This document shows positions 24,500 through 35,924 of a stretch of 64,000 bases of DNA, piece after piece. The position numbers and the translations under genes were made by a program. The stretch comes from Pseudogymnoascus verrucosus. Taxonomy: Eukaryota. The stretch lies in the NCBI GenBank assembly GCA_001662655.1, contig KV460235.1; one strand, given 5' to 3'. A model generated the notes under the pieces. It did no database searches. It was not told the origin of the DNA and was given only the letters and a program-made list of their open reading frames with translations. The number at the start of each line of letters is the position of its first letter. The stretch's first letter is position 1.

Positions 24500-26785
24500 A
24501 TGTCTCTCCACACGACCTCCCACTTTGGGGAGAGCAACAAACCCATTAGAAGTCCTGCTGGCTCGATATCAACATCCTCGATGACGGATTTCCCGGCGCG
24601 CGTATCCCCTACGTTAACCATGGAGCCTGCCATGGATGGGCCGCCATCGCCACAGAGGATCAGAGCATACACAGAACAGATGAAGAGGAGCGTAGCCGCT
24701 GGCCACTCCAGGACAAGCACCGGCACCAGCTCAACGTCGTCGTCTGCCTCGGGCGCTGACTCGGGAACAAGGTCTCCGGAGGAATCGCTGTCGAGGCAGG
24801 CGTCGCGAAAGTCGACCGCGGGCATGTCGATCAAAGCAGAACGGCCAGACACGTTACAGATGTTTGGGAAGGCATTGTTCTCGCGAGGGTCGAAGAGGTC
24901 CAAGAAGGGAAGGTCGAGGGCATCATCACTGTTATCGCTAAGTTCGAGGGAATCTACCATGGTCACACCGCGAAGCGCTGTCGACGAGGAGGTTGCTTTC
25001 AAGAAGCACCTCATCTCTGGGCCTTACGACTTCCAACACGTCGTCCACACAGGACATGAGCAGGCGCCCAATGTAGATATCGCGAGCAGAGACGACCTCC
25101 TAGAGGAGTTCTCCACAGTACGGAGATCAAATGCACCTACAGGAGAGCTTCGGGGCATCAGGGCAGACGACCTTCACTTTCACAACTTCTCTTCCGAAGC
25201 CCTCGATGCTTTGGTCGAGAAAGACCCTCCGAAGCCCCCACCTCAATTACCCCTGAAGAGCCCAGCAAGAAAGAGCATCATCAGGAAGCCCCCGAGCCCA
25301 GCACCTCTCAAGCCGAGCCTGCGCTCGAGCAAGTCCCAAGACAACTTCCGCGCGGGATTGTCCCCTCCACCAAGGCCGCCACGATCGCCAATGACAGCAC
25401 AGTGTCCGATATCCCTACCCCCAAGGACATCGTCGAGGACGGCATCCATGATCTGGGACGAATACGACCCTCTACAATCCACGTCACTAGAGAGACCTCA
25501 CTACTCTGCCGGATTCCGGAGGCCACAGGCCTTCCACCTCCCGCGTTCTCCGCCTCTGCCGTCTCCCCCATTACCGAATGTCCATGGCGACCACGAGGTG
25601 GATTATTTCCAAGAAGGAACCACCGTGTCGCCAAGGTCACCAGAGAATGAGGGTTGGCCGTTCTCTGCTACCCCGTCACCAGCCGATTCACAGCTGGAGG
25701 ATGTACCTGAAGAAGAGGAGACAGTCGCAGCCGCACGACGCTCACGCATATCCATCGGCAGCACCGATCTGCGCGTCTCAAAGTCCGTCCCTAACCTTCT
25801 CACGTTCCGCGCCAGGCGTGACTCTGACCGCCCGCACACCCCGTCCTCTGACATTGTGCGTGCGCCGGTCCTCGTCATGACCCCTAAGAAATCGGGCGCA
25901 AAGCTCGACCTTGACACCTCCGGCTCATGGGAGGATGACATCGACTATTGCTATGACCATGAGGTCGAGGCCGACTGCGACTACAACTGGGAGCGCCGCT
26001 CGATCGACGTCGATACCGTCCGCAACTACTTCCACGACTCCGCCATCTCGACCAACTCGTCCTCAGACGACATCACGCTTAACAACTCACCGCCGCCGGC
26101 ATCTCTGCATTCTGCATCGGCGAGCATCTCGAGTCGACTCTCTGCGCACCTCGATGGGCTGCGCCACCCGCCTGTTTACGTCACCCCCACCATCCTTGCG
26201 CCAGCGCACACACCCGATCTCATCCCGCCATCCACAGCCACAACGGCGGATTCTCCAGCGTCCATCCCGACGCCTCCCGCGCGCCCAACACACCTGCGCT
26301 CCCCATCCGCAGCGTCATCCTTCAAAGAGTCGCACGGCTTCAATCTCTCGCCCTCGCTACTTATCCCTGCCGACTACGCGGCGCAGATGAACGGCACCGC
26401 ATCGCCCACGTCAACATACTCCGCCGGACCCCTCGACAACGTTTCTCCTACCGGGCGCGAGCCCAGCCCTGCGCCGACGGAGACCACATACGTCTCCTCG
26501 CCTACTCTGTCCACAAATCCATTCTTGGCGTATATTTCTGAGCCGGCGACGGCAACAGCTGATAAGCCCGAGGACTTGGTGCTCCAGAGCGCGGAGGAAC
26601 GCTTGTTGCCGCCATCGAGGGCGCCGAGTGCGTTTATCAACGCGCACGGCCGGAAGGGGAGCGTGCCGCTGCTTAGGCAAGTAGGGAAGGAGAGACGCGG
26701 GAGGGCGAGCACGATTAGTGGGTCGCTTGGAAGGGGGAAGGGGGGGTACGGGTTGTTCCCGTCGATGCTGAGTGCTGGCCCTTGA
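24500..26785 (+). CDS. CRIB/PBD-domain protein (putative Cdc42/Rac effector), mostly disordered
   Basis: ISGPYDFQHVVHTG fits the CRIB consensus ISxPxxFxHxxHxG; conserved-looking SWEDDIDYCYDHEVEADCDYNW block. First ATG is at 24500; upstream exons are possible. Confidence 0.85.
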   Translation: MSLHTTSHFGESNKPIRSPAGSISTSSMTDFPARVSPTLTMEPAMDGPPSPQRIRAYTEQMKRSVAAGHSRTSTGTSSTSSSASGADSGTRSPEESLSRQASRKSTAGMSIKAERPDTLQMFGKALFSRGSKRSKKGRSRASSLLSLSSRESTMVTPRSAVDEEVAFKKHLISGPYDFQHVVHTGHEQAPNVDIASRDDLLEEFSTVRRSNAPTGELRGIRADDLHFHNFSSEALDALVEKDPPKPPPQLPLKSPARKSIIRKPPSPAPLKPSLRSSKSQDNFRAGLSPPPRPPRSPMTAQCPISLPPRTSSRTASMIWDEYDPLQSTSLERPHYSAGFRRPQAFHLPRSPPLPSPPLPNVHGDHEVDYFQEGTTVSPRSPENEGWPFSATPSPADSQLEDVPEEEETVAAARRSRISIGSTDLRVSKSVPNLLTFRARRDSDRPHTPSSDIVRAPVLVMTPKKSGAKLDLDTSGSWEDDIDYCYDHEVEADCDYNWERRSIDVDTVRNYFHDSAISTNSSSDDITLNNSPPPASLHSASASISSRLSAHLDGLRHPPVYVTPTILAPAHTPDLIPPSTATTADSPASIPTPPARPTHLRSPSAASSFKESHGFNLSPSLLIPADYAAQMNGTASPTSTYSAGPLDNVSPTGREPSPAPTETTYVSSPTLSTNPFLAYISEPATATADKPEDLVLQSAEERLLPPSRAPSAFINAHGRKGSVPLLRQVGKERRGRASTISGSLGRGKGGYGLFPSMLSAGP

Positions 26786-27539
26786 GAAACTGCACGGCTC
26801 TCAGGGGGCGGAAGGATGGAGGAAGAAAGTTGTTTGGATACGATACGTGGACGTCGCTCGAAAAGAGATATAAACACTCTTACATTTTTTTTTTTTTGTT
26901 TCTACAATGTTTTTTTGGGGGTTTCTTGGAAAATTTCGGATGGGGGGTGTTTTTTAGAGAGGTGGGGCTGGGGGGTATCACGGTCACTACTACAACAAAT
27001 TAGATGGGATTTTGGGGGGCCACGGTCGCTACTGTTTGGTTTGGGAATTTTTATATACGGTCGCTACTGCGAGGTTGGGGGCCGCCAAGGGGATTGGTTG
27101 GCGGTTTTACGACGTTATGGAAACTTTGTTTTGTTGGAGAGAGCTCGAAAGAGGGGCGAAGGGCAGGGTGCGGATGTGTCTGCCTGCCGCTGGTCGTCCA
27201 GCTACTACGATATATTTCTGAGAGGAGGGAAGTGGAGCCATTTGAGAGGGGGAGAGAGATGTACGATGCTAGTAGACAAAAGTAAGGCTCTTACCTAGCC
27301 ACAGCGGGCTATAGGGGATGTATAGGTGTATAGATCAAATGTAGACGTGTTGCATCTATCTTCTACGTGTGTGTCCTTTTCTATGTGCTGCGTGACGACA
27401 TTTGTGCTGTGATTAAGGGTATATGGGTGGTAGAAGGGCATCCCTGATGTTCAGACTTTTAGGCGGCGTCAGCATACACTATAAACAAAGTTCGGGCATT
27501 GTAGGCAAGAAGTTCATTCATTCTCCGGCCTGCTCAGGC

Positions 27540-27692
27540 CAATTCGGTCATGCTTCATGCAAAAACCATTACTATCCCGCCACGCAACACAATCTGCCCC
27601 AGCTCGGCCATGCTTCATGCAAAAACCACCATCATCCATCCTACCACGCGAAACAATGCGCCCCAGCCCAGCCATGCTTCATGCAAAGACCG
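27540..27692. repeat. Degenerate ~60-bp tandem repeat, about 2.5 copies, in the Rae1 3' flank
   Basis: CATGCTTCATGCAAA recurs at ~27549, ~27609 and ~27673 with similar flanks. Confidence 0.85.
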
Positions 27693-27745
27693 AGCTTTAC
27701 CCGCCGTCCAAACCAAGCCCCAGTCGTCCCCAGGGGAAGAGATCC

Positions 27746-29009
27746 TCAGCGTCTCTCGCCTCCCCTCCCCTTGGGCTTACACTCCTCCTCCCCAACCGCA
27801 TGCAGCATCACCTTATTAGGCACCTGCGCACTACTCCCCGCGTACCCCTTACTCCAGTCATAACTAACCGCATACGCAAACACCCCGCCATCTCCGCTGA
27901 ACGCCGTAGCGGAGATACTGCCGCCCGCGGAGGGGAACGCACGGATCCGCATGTGCGTGTCCTTATCCCAGAAGTGGAATGTGCCGTCCGAGCCCGCCGT
28001 GCTGAAGGTGCCGTGCTGCGGGTGGAAGGAGATGGCGTTCACGGCGTGGGCGGTGGTGATGTTGTTCGCGGGCGGGGAGCGGTGGCATTTGAATGTGAAG
28101 TTGAGGCTGGGTGGGGGTGTTAGGCGCCTGCGTTTGTTTGATGCTTTTTGGGGGGGGGGGGGGGGGAATTACCTCGTGTCTTTCTTATCGATGAATCTAA
28201 ATGCGCAGCGCCCCTCGATACTACCGATGGCGAAGCCGTTTGCGTCGTTGAAGCAGCTGACGACTCGCGTTTGGTGGTGGAGAGGGCTGCGGAGGGTTTG
28301 GTGGAATGTAGTCGGGTTGTCGAGTTTGATGATGTTGATGTGGCGATCTGCTGTTCCGGTGACGAGGAGGTCGCCCTTCACGTCCATGGAATACACGCGC
28401 TCCTGGCACGCCACCGATGCGACGGCGCTCTGCTGCCGCAGGTCCCAGTACTTGATGGTCTTGTCCCAGGACCCCGTCACGATCATGGGCGCGTTGGAGG
28501 AGGGCGGGGTGAAGAAGTGGACGGATGAGATGGGCGCGTCGTGTGCGGCGACTTGCTGGGGGGGCGCGCCGTTTGATGCGAGGTCTAGAAGTCGAGCGGC
28601 CTTGTCTGCGCCGGCGCCGATGACTTTTTGGCCGTCCTTTGAGGGGGGGAGGTGGTTAGACGCTTTGATGATAGGTAAGATGGGAATTATTAATGGAGGG
28701 GTATCTTACCTTCGACGTGGAGATGTCCGATCAGATTATGTTCGTTTGTCCCTGTGGATTATGCTATCTATATAACTATACCTTTGACCAGCTACAGCTG
28801 AGTGCTGGCCCGCCAAAATCGATGAGTGCGCGCCCTTCCCCGGATCTGGTGTGTGTCATGTCGTAGATCCTCACTTTTCCCTCCCAGGATGCGACTGCGA
28901 GATGTCGCGACAATGGAGACCAGGAAAGGCCTGAGATGCCGTCGTCGGGTCCGTTGGCGAGCTGGGTGTCGGTCGACACTTGGCCGAGTACGTTTGAAGA
29001 TGAAGCCAT
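27746..29009 (-). CDS. RAE1: Rae1/Gle2 WD40 mRNA export factor (3 exons)
   Basis: PDDGISGLSWSP, AVASWEGKVRIY, VTGSWDKTIKYWDLR, GSIEGRC, FKCHR, VNAISFHPQHGTFSTAGSDGTFHFWDKD and YAVSYDWSKGY. Confidence 0.93.
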
Positions 29010-29859
29010 TGTGTTTGAGATATGGCGCAAGTAGATTTTTTGTGTAAATTCGAGTACTCTTGATGTATTTGACAAAAGGTGGGCGAGCTGTGAGAAATAT
29101 GTAGGCTGGCTCGGGCTTATCTCCATTATCGCCGCTGCTGCCTAGAGTTGAATTATTGGAGTCATTCATTGCTAGGCAGGATTAGCCATGGATTAACCGT
29201 GGCGGACATTCCGAGGTGCTGCCAATGAGAGAAGTCAACTCTGTTATTATTATGGGTTTAAATATCCATAAGGCTGCATTAATTATAAAGCTTGATACCG
29301 GAGGTTGGAAGATGATTAGAGGCTGGGTTAAAAAAAACGGTTTGTTCGAACGGAACGGTTATGATATTGGTTATGGTTACTAAGGACACAAAAACAACAC
29401 CAATGCTGCTTCTTATTAGTTTATGGCAGGAAACAATTAATTTCAAGCGCTATAATTATTTAAGCTTTCTAACACCTCAATCTCAATGTCCCTCCTAGCA
29501 ACTGGGAGATGGCGATCAACGAGGGAGGTAGAGGAGACATGGGTTGGGATATAAATCAGCAGTGCTTTAGTAGACATCTCTTTAGATAAGAGGGAGAGAG
29601 GGGCACGGCGGGCTAATATTCCCTATAAAGTCGTAAATAATCCAGCCGGTCAGATGCAGAATAGTTTGATTATTTAGCCACAAGAAAACTATGAGCATGG
29701 TGATCTCGAAAGGTGTTTAGCTACACGTTGAAACGGAATAGTAAGATTCGTATTAAATACACAATATGAGAAGTTTGCCACTTCATAATCACCCATCCAG
29801 TTTCAACGTCTTCACTTCCTAAAACTCAAGGATGCACCCCGATTTCAGCATCTGTACTT

Positions 29860-29910
29860 CTCAAAATCGTGCCGCCCAACTCAAGTTGAGTTGGGCGGCA
29901 CGATTTTGAG
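29860..29910. repeat. Perfect inverted repeat with 25-bp arms and a 1-nt spacer
   Basis: CTCAAAATCGTGCCGCCCAACTCAA-G-TTGAGTTGGGCGGCACGATTTTGAG. Confidence 0.97.
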
Positions 29911-29914
29911 TTAC

Positions 29915-32439
29915 TCAAGAACTAACCTTAACATAGTAATACTCATTCGCCCAGAAGCTGCTCCCGCAGTTCTCTTTGTTGGAACTTAGAACTGGATTTT
30001 ACGTATACAGCTGCGCTGTCGTAATACTGTTGTTATCTGCGAAAAGCTGTATCCCGCGTTAGCATTTCCCATTCTCCCACACTAGCAATAGAGACGAGGG
30101 GTTACTCACTGAACAATACGACCCCGCCGGCACCAAAGCGAATTTATTACAGTTGGCCACCATCCCATCCTGGATTGGCGACGGGGTCTGCACAGGCGTA
30201 GATGTTGTCGTTGCAGGCGGCGAGGTACCTGAAACGCCTACGCAGTAGTACTCGTCGGCCCAGAACAAGGAATCGCAGTTCTGTCCATTCGAACCAAGGA
30301 CTGTATTCCACAGGTAAAGCTGGGCGGCGGTGATGCCGTTGTTACCGGCGAAAAGCAAGCAATACTCGCCGCTCGCCGCCTTGGCAAACTTGTTGCACGT
30401 CGAGATGACACCGTCTTGGATAGGTGTTGGGGTCACCACTCCGGTTGGCGGTGTGGTTGGGGTTGTGGTGGTCGTTCCCGTGCCAGTAGCTGTTGATGGG
30501 AAGGTGTCTACGTATCGGGGGGCGCGGACGCAGTACTGGTAGGCTGGCCACAGACCTGAGCAATCGGCATTCACTTCCGGGTTGTACGCGAAGAACTGGG
30601 CTATGGTGAGATGCCATGCATTGAGGAAGTCTGCACAGGTGCTGGCATCGTCATAAAAATTCTCAAATTCTGTACAGTCGCTTACGGCGCCATCCTATGA
30701 ATGGCGTTAGAAGGGTTTCAAATATCAGAGGAGACACGAAAGGGGCTGAAACTTACTCGGGGAGGGAGAGACGGGAACGAATCGCCGAGGAAGTAGTCAT
30801 TGCTGTCCCTTCTAGTTCCCGTCGCAATGGGGGAAGGTGTGGATATTGAACCCCCTGTGGTAGTAGTTGGAGTGACGTCTGGTAGGGCAGAAAATGGAAT
30901 AGTGGTTTGAGCTCCGGTGACAGGATGCGAGGCACCGGCTTTGCCAGGGTAGGTGTTGACTGTGTAGTTGGTCAGACCAGAATCTAGCCAAGACGATATA
31001 AAATGGGGAGAACGGGGGACACAGGAGAGAATCAAGTAACTATCTCCTACGGGCTGTACGCAATAGCTCTCATCTGCGAATAAGTTTGTGCAATTGACAT
31101 TAATGGCCGGGTTCAAAAAAACGAAATCGGGCATGCTTATCGAGAACCTAAGGACAATAAGGTTGCAGTAATCCCCGGTCACAGCCATATAATACTTTCC
31201 GCAGTATGTTGAAGTGAGATCTGCCACATCAGTAGGGACCGGTGCCGGCGTCGTAGCCGTAGTAGGCTGGACGAGCGTAACTGTTGGGGTGGTGTAAGTT
31301 TTTCCAGGGGAACCGACACATAGCTCCGTGCCGACTAGTTTGTTCATATTGTAGCAACCGGCATTTATAACGGGATTCCAGGCTTTTAATTGTGGCTCGG
31401 TAACGTTGTATGCCGTTGCGATAGAGCTGCAAGTATCGGTCGCCAGGACTGTGTAAACCGGGCATTTGTTGGCTAGGCAGAGTGTGCCACTGGTAGGGAA
31501 TTCGTTACAGAAAGCCTGGAGATTGTTGTCCATGAGAAGCCAGGCAGTACTTATTCCCTGAGTTTTGGAAATCGTATGACACGTATCCCCGGATTGGATA
31601 GTGTAGGCTGAACCAGCGCATGTAGAAGTTGGTGGGGCAGTAGTTGTAGTGGTTACCCTTCACGGATGTGAGAATCGAAACTTGGGACTTGGCACGCCGG
31701 AAAAAACTCACGTATACCATAGAAGGTCCGTTGTTGTCAGTGGCATTCCTGTGATGCTACAGCTTGATGTCTTGGATTCGTACACTGAGCTATCTGCCAG
31801 TGCGGGGCCATCGTAGTATGGTGATCCAGCTTGCAAGCGGAGGTTTTTGATGAAGCAGAGGTCGCATGGATTCGGGATTTCTCCCGCTGTGGAGTTGGGT
31901 TGAGCAATGGAAATCCCTGTGACTGGGTCATTGCCTATCGGCCAGTTAGTAGTTTAAAACTATGAGTCTAGGTGAGAATAAAACTGTTCTGAAATATACT
32001 CACTTCCAGGATCAAGAACATATGCGGCCTCGGCGGCTACATTATTACAAAACCTCCCACTGTCAGTTAAACACGCTAGACTATACTGGTATTTCATCAT
32101 ATCTGGAATTATCAAGAGCGGCATCTCTGTGTCTTCATATCCATTCCAAGTTTGACTGCCACAGGCGGAATTCACGTTCGTATAATACTGGTCAAGCGCC
32201 GCCGCGCAAGCAGTCGTGCAAGTGTCAGTAAGCGTTGATTCTGCATAATAGCTCCCTTTCTGAAATCGGGCGACGACTGGACTGCAGGCAATATCGGCCG
32301 TGAGGGCATTTTTGCAGGCCAGCGTGAGGGAAGAATCAATATTTTTAGTGGTCAGAGCTTGGAAAGCATTTGAAAAATATAAAAAGTTCACGAGAATGAT
32401 AACAACGGACCATGAACAATGGCTGGAGAAAGAGAACAT
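29915..32439 (-). CDS. Secreted multi-LysM protein with Cys-rich N-terminus; last LysM has a premature stop at 29999-30001 (truncated or pseudogenising)
   Basis: Signal peptide MFSFSSHCSWSVVIILVNFLYFSNA. LysM repeats YTIQSGDTC, YTVLATDTC...WNP, YYMAVTGDYC...LNP, CADF...YNP...LWPAYQYCV and SGEYC...WNTVL...YYCV; about 6 exons. Confidence 0.9.
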
Positions 32440-32941
32440 ATTTGCTGGTGTGGCTGTAGTGAGGTAAACTGCAAACACTTCAAAGGAAGACTCAGCTACA
32501 GGATGAGCACAAGATACCAACAGCAAGAGGAAAGGGGGGGTTTTCAATATCCCCCTCCTCATGAACAAGAGTTAGTCCAAAGTCCTGTGAGAGACTATGA
32601 GAGGGAAGGAGATAATGGTGGGGTGGTAATTCTGGCCATGGTCCATCGTGAGATTCCCAGACTCAGCTTGCCAATGAAAGACACACCCCAGTGCTTACAG
32701 CGAGCCAATCACTGTCAGGATAACGCCCGGGGTGAAGGATAAATGCAACGCTTACATGAGGCTGCATGATGCAGGCAAAACATGGATGAAGGGTTGGAAC
32801 ATATTGTGATATTGAATCTGAACAAGGGCATCAATGGAACAAAGCCTGTTCTCATCTTATCCGTGGCTTTGCGGTTGTTTATGATTGGATGGCGCATGTG
32901 GCTTGGGATGGGGATGAAGGATAGAGGGTGCGTTCGATTCC

Positions 32942-33584
32942 ATGTCTAGTAGAGTTAACGCGGCTAAGCGTGGCGTAAGTTTCCTTTACCGCTAACAATA
33001 CTGTTAAATTATACAATATAGCAATGAAAGAAGTATACTAACAGGATTTGTAGATGTGGTCACCTACCGTCATCAACAACGAGAACACAATGACGGGGTA
33101 CCTCGGCCAAGGCATGGCGGGCTTCCAAAACGTCAAGGACGTAATTACAGCATACAAGTACCATCGCTTCAATGAGATAAACAATAATCTCCTCGCTCAA
33201 TCTAATCGCATTGGCGCTATGTTCCAGGCGATGGAAGCCCACCTCGCTGCTCAACCCGCCCTTCACCAGTCCGGCAACGTACTCCTGCAACCCTACCAGA
33301 ATGCGAATCTGCAGGCTCAATGGAGGACTTTCATGAACACCAAAGCTGCGACGGCCAATACCCGTGCAGAGCTGTGGATGGACAATTGGACAACCCAACT
33401 AGAGACAACTTACTGTTCCAATTACCAACTAAGCTTTGCCCAGGATCGGACGACAGAGCTGAGACAGGCGACCGGCGACCCAAATATTCTGAGTGATGAG
33501 CAGATCTTCATTGATAAGATTACGAGGCTGAGGCAGGAGGTTAATTCTCGCCCGGCCTGGGTCTGGAACCCGCCGGTATTTTAA
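32942..33584 (+). CDS. Orphan C-terminal domain resembling the tail of subgroup-C (killer-toxin-like) GH18 chitinases; either a relic or a stand-alone 187-aa gene
   Basis: MSSRVNAAKRG, intron 32975-33053 (GTAAGT...ACTAAC...TAG), then MWSP...YKYH..NEINNNLLAQSNRIGAMF...WRTFM. Divergent from the LysM gene, with no GH18 DxxDxDxE motif and no signal peptide. Family assigned from recalled motif similarity only. Confidence 0.55.
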
Positions 33585-34106
33585 GGGGGATTTATTCATA
33601 TTATTGGTCGGCTCAAGGGGTGAGAGCGGCATTTCGGGAGTGTGGGGTATCGCCACGATTAAGTGGGGATCATTATTAGGTTATTTATAGGTAGTAGGAT
33701 TTTGTAATTATATGCTGCCATTTTGGATTCGCTGATAAGTATTACTCTATCGTTGATAGGTTCTAGGGCGATTTATAAAACCTTCATTTCTGTTTCTTGT
33801 AAGTATTATTTTTTGGCTGTAGAGTGCCTGTGGAGGTCGCAACTAATGTTAAGAACTAATCTTAACATTGGGAAAAGGCGGTATAGACACGAATATTGTC
33901 TAGAAACCCACCATTGAAATACAGTTTAAGATTACTGGTTAAACTACAACGCACTCATTTCTTCTCTTTGTATAGCGTGTCTGTAATAGGATTAGCGTGA
34001 CTATTATATTCCACATCTAATCCGCGTTGTAATCTGACAGCCGCATCCCCATAAACAAAGACAACCATAAAGAAACCCCACAAACCCCATTCTCCAACCG
34101 CTTCAA

Positions 34107-35924
34107 ATGGCCACAATCGCGTCACTTTCCCCAGAAACCCTCGCCCAGATCCTCTCCTACATCCCTCGCGACCATGATAACCTCATAGTGCGTTTAGCGC
34201 GCATTAGAGACGGTGGCCCTATCAAGCCCGTCTCCGAGCTCCCACCTTATGCCACAGTGTGCAAGACCTGGCAGTGGCACATAGAGCAGCGGACATTTCG
34301 GGAGATCAACCTCCCAAGCTCCGAGCTAGCATACTTTTCTAAGCTTATGACGGGTCACCGGAGAGCCACCCTCAGGGAAGTGAAGTATCAGGTTGCCCTA
34401 CCCGAGTATGATGATGCAGCATGTGCAGTTGTGGAGACTGAGGAAGATAAGAGGGTAAACGATGCCTCATTTACTACTGCTATCACAGAGTTATTCAGGC
34501 TCGTGAAGAGGTGGGAGGAAGAGGATGAGCAGGAGCTCAGTAGAACAGGTTCAAGGGCGAGTGAGGGTTTGGTGCCGCTGTCGTTGGAAATGTCGCAGAT
34601 CTACTCGCCTAGCGATCCAAAGAAAAGAAGTAGGGAGATTTTAAGTGAGCAACACAGGGCAGTGGAACGGGGAGAGCGAAGGGACTTGTTTGAGGGGCGA
34701 TACTGCGATTCTTGGCTTCGTCTGGGGCCGCTGGATGGGGTACCTGAGTTGAAGAGAGTGACAAAATACGCTGTTTCTCCATCCTATCCGAGACCTGTAG
34801 AGGCAGAGTCGATAGCGCGATTGGCGAAGAAGTTTCCGGCCCTGGAGAAGCTGGACTTGCAAATTATGGAAAGAAGTGAGGACTTCGAAGTACGGCGGAA
34901 GGATAGATATGGTACGTAGAAGCATTTATCCTTCGCGCTTTTGAACCCCGGCGTTTCCACTCCACCCATACATTTCCTTTCAAGAGCCAGTAATGTGGAC
35001 GGGGAGTATATTTCCTTGCTGTACACCTGTTAATATACAGGAACACGCTACTGACGATGGCTAGACTTCGCCGTTGCTCTCCTTTCCCTCTCCTCGCTCC
35101 CCCTCACCTCTTTTTCACTATGCGCCGAAAATACGTCTCCGCGTTACCAGTTCCAAGAACCCCCCTCAATCCTGCTTTCCGATATCGACCACTTCTCCCT
35201 AGCGCTCTATGCAATTTCCCTCATCCCAACCCTCAAGACTATCGACCTCCAAGGCCCCATCATGATCTCACCACAGCTCTTCCAGCCTCCTGCCGCTCTG
35301 GACTCCGCATTCGCGAGCCTAGCCAACCGGGCTCCTCAGTGGCCTTCTCTCAGGACCTATTCTGCAATATTCTCCACCGTGCGCCCGTCGGGTTCATGGT
35401 ACTTTGTACGGCACCCAAACAACCCCGTCCCACACGACTTTGTGGCCCCGCTTGAGCCAGAGTTCGACAGCGATCGTGGCACAGAGATGTTCAGGACATA
35501 TCCTGATGATGAAGCGATGGACGGGTTGCTGGCTGCTGCTGGCAAGGCAAAACAAAATATGCCCGCGCTGCAGATGATGTCTCTGACTGCAAGCCTAAGC
35601 CTTGAAAACAGCGAAGATGCCGAGTTTGAGGCGGTGTGGTTTAAGGCGGGGCAGAAAAACTATCTGGATCATAGGCTTACAGAGCAGCCAGTGAAAGTTG
35701 GGAACGAGACGTTTATAGGAGGTGATCATGTGTATTGGTGGACAGGTAAAGGAGGTAATTGGCGACCAAAGAGGAAAGTAGAGAAGGCGTGGGTTGGAGA
35801 GGGCAATCAGCAGTGGTTTAAGGGATATCCTCAAGAAGAAGATTACGAGGAGGATGAGGAGGATGAGGAGGATTATGATGACGATGATGATGATGATGAC
35901 GACTTTGAAATGGGGGGGATCTAG
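34107..35924 (+). CDS. F-box-like protein (DUF6546-type) with acidic tail; intron 34912-35064
   Basis: LSPETLAQILSYI...PYATVCKTWQWHIEQRTFREINL. The intron joins the two ORFs in frame; AAGKAKQNMPALQ motif; D/E tract at the C-terminus. Confidence 0.8.

Noticed and set aside
27540..27692. Repeat-spacer pattern as a CRISPR array
   Set aside because: Eukaryotic context, spacers similar to each other, and no cas genes.
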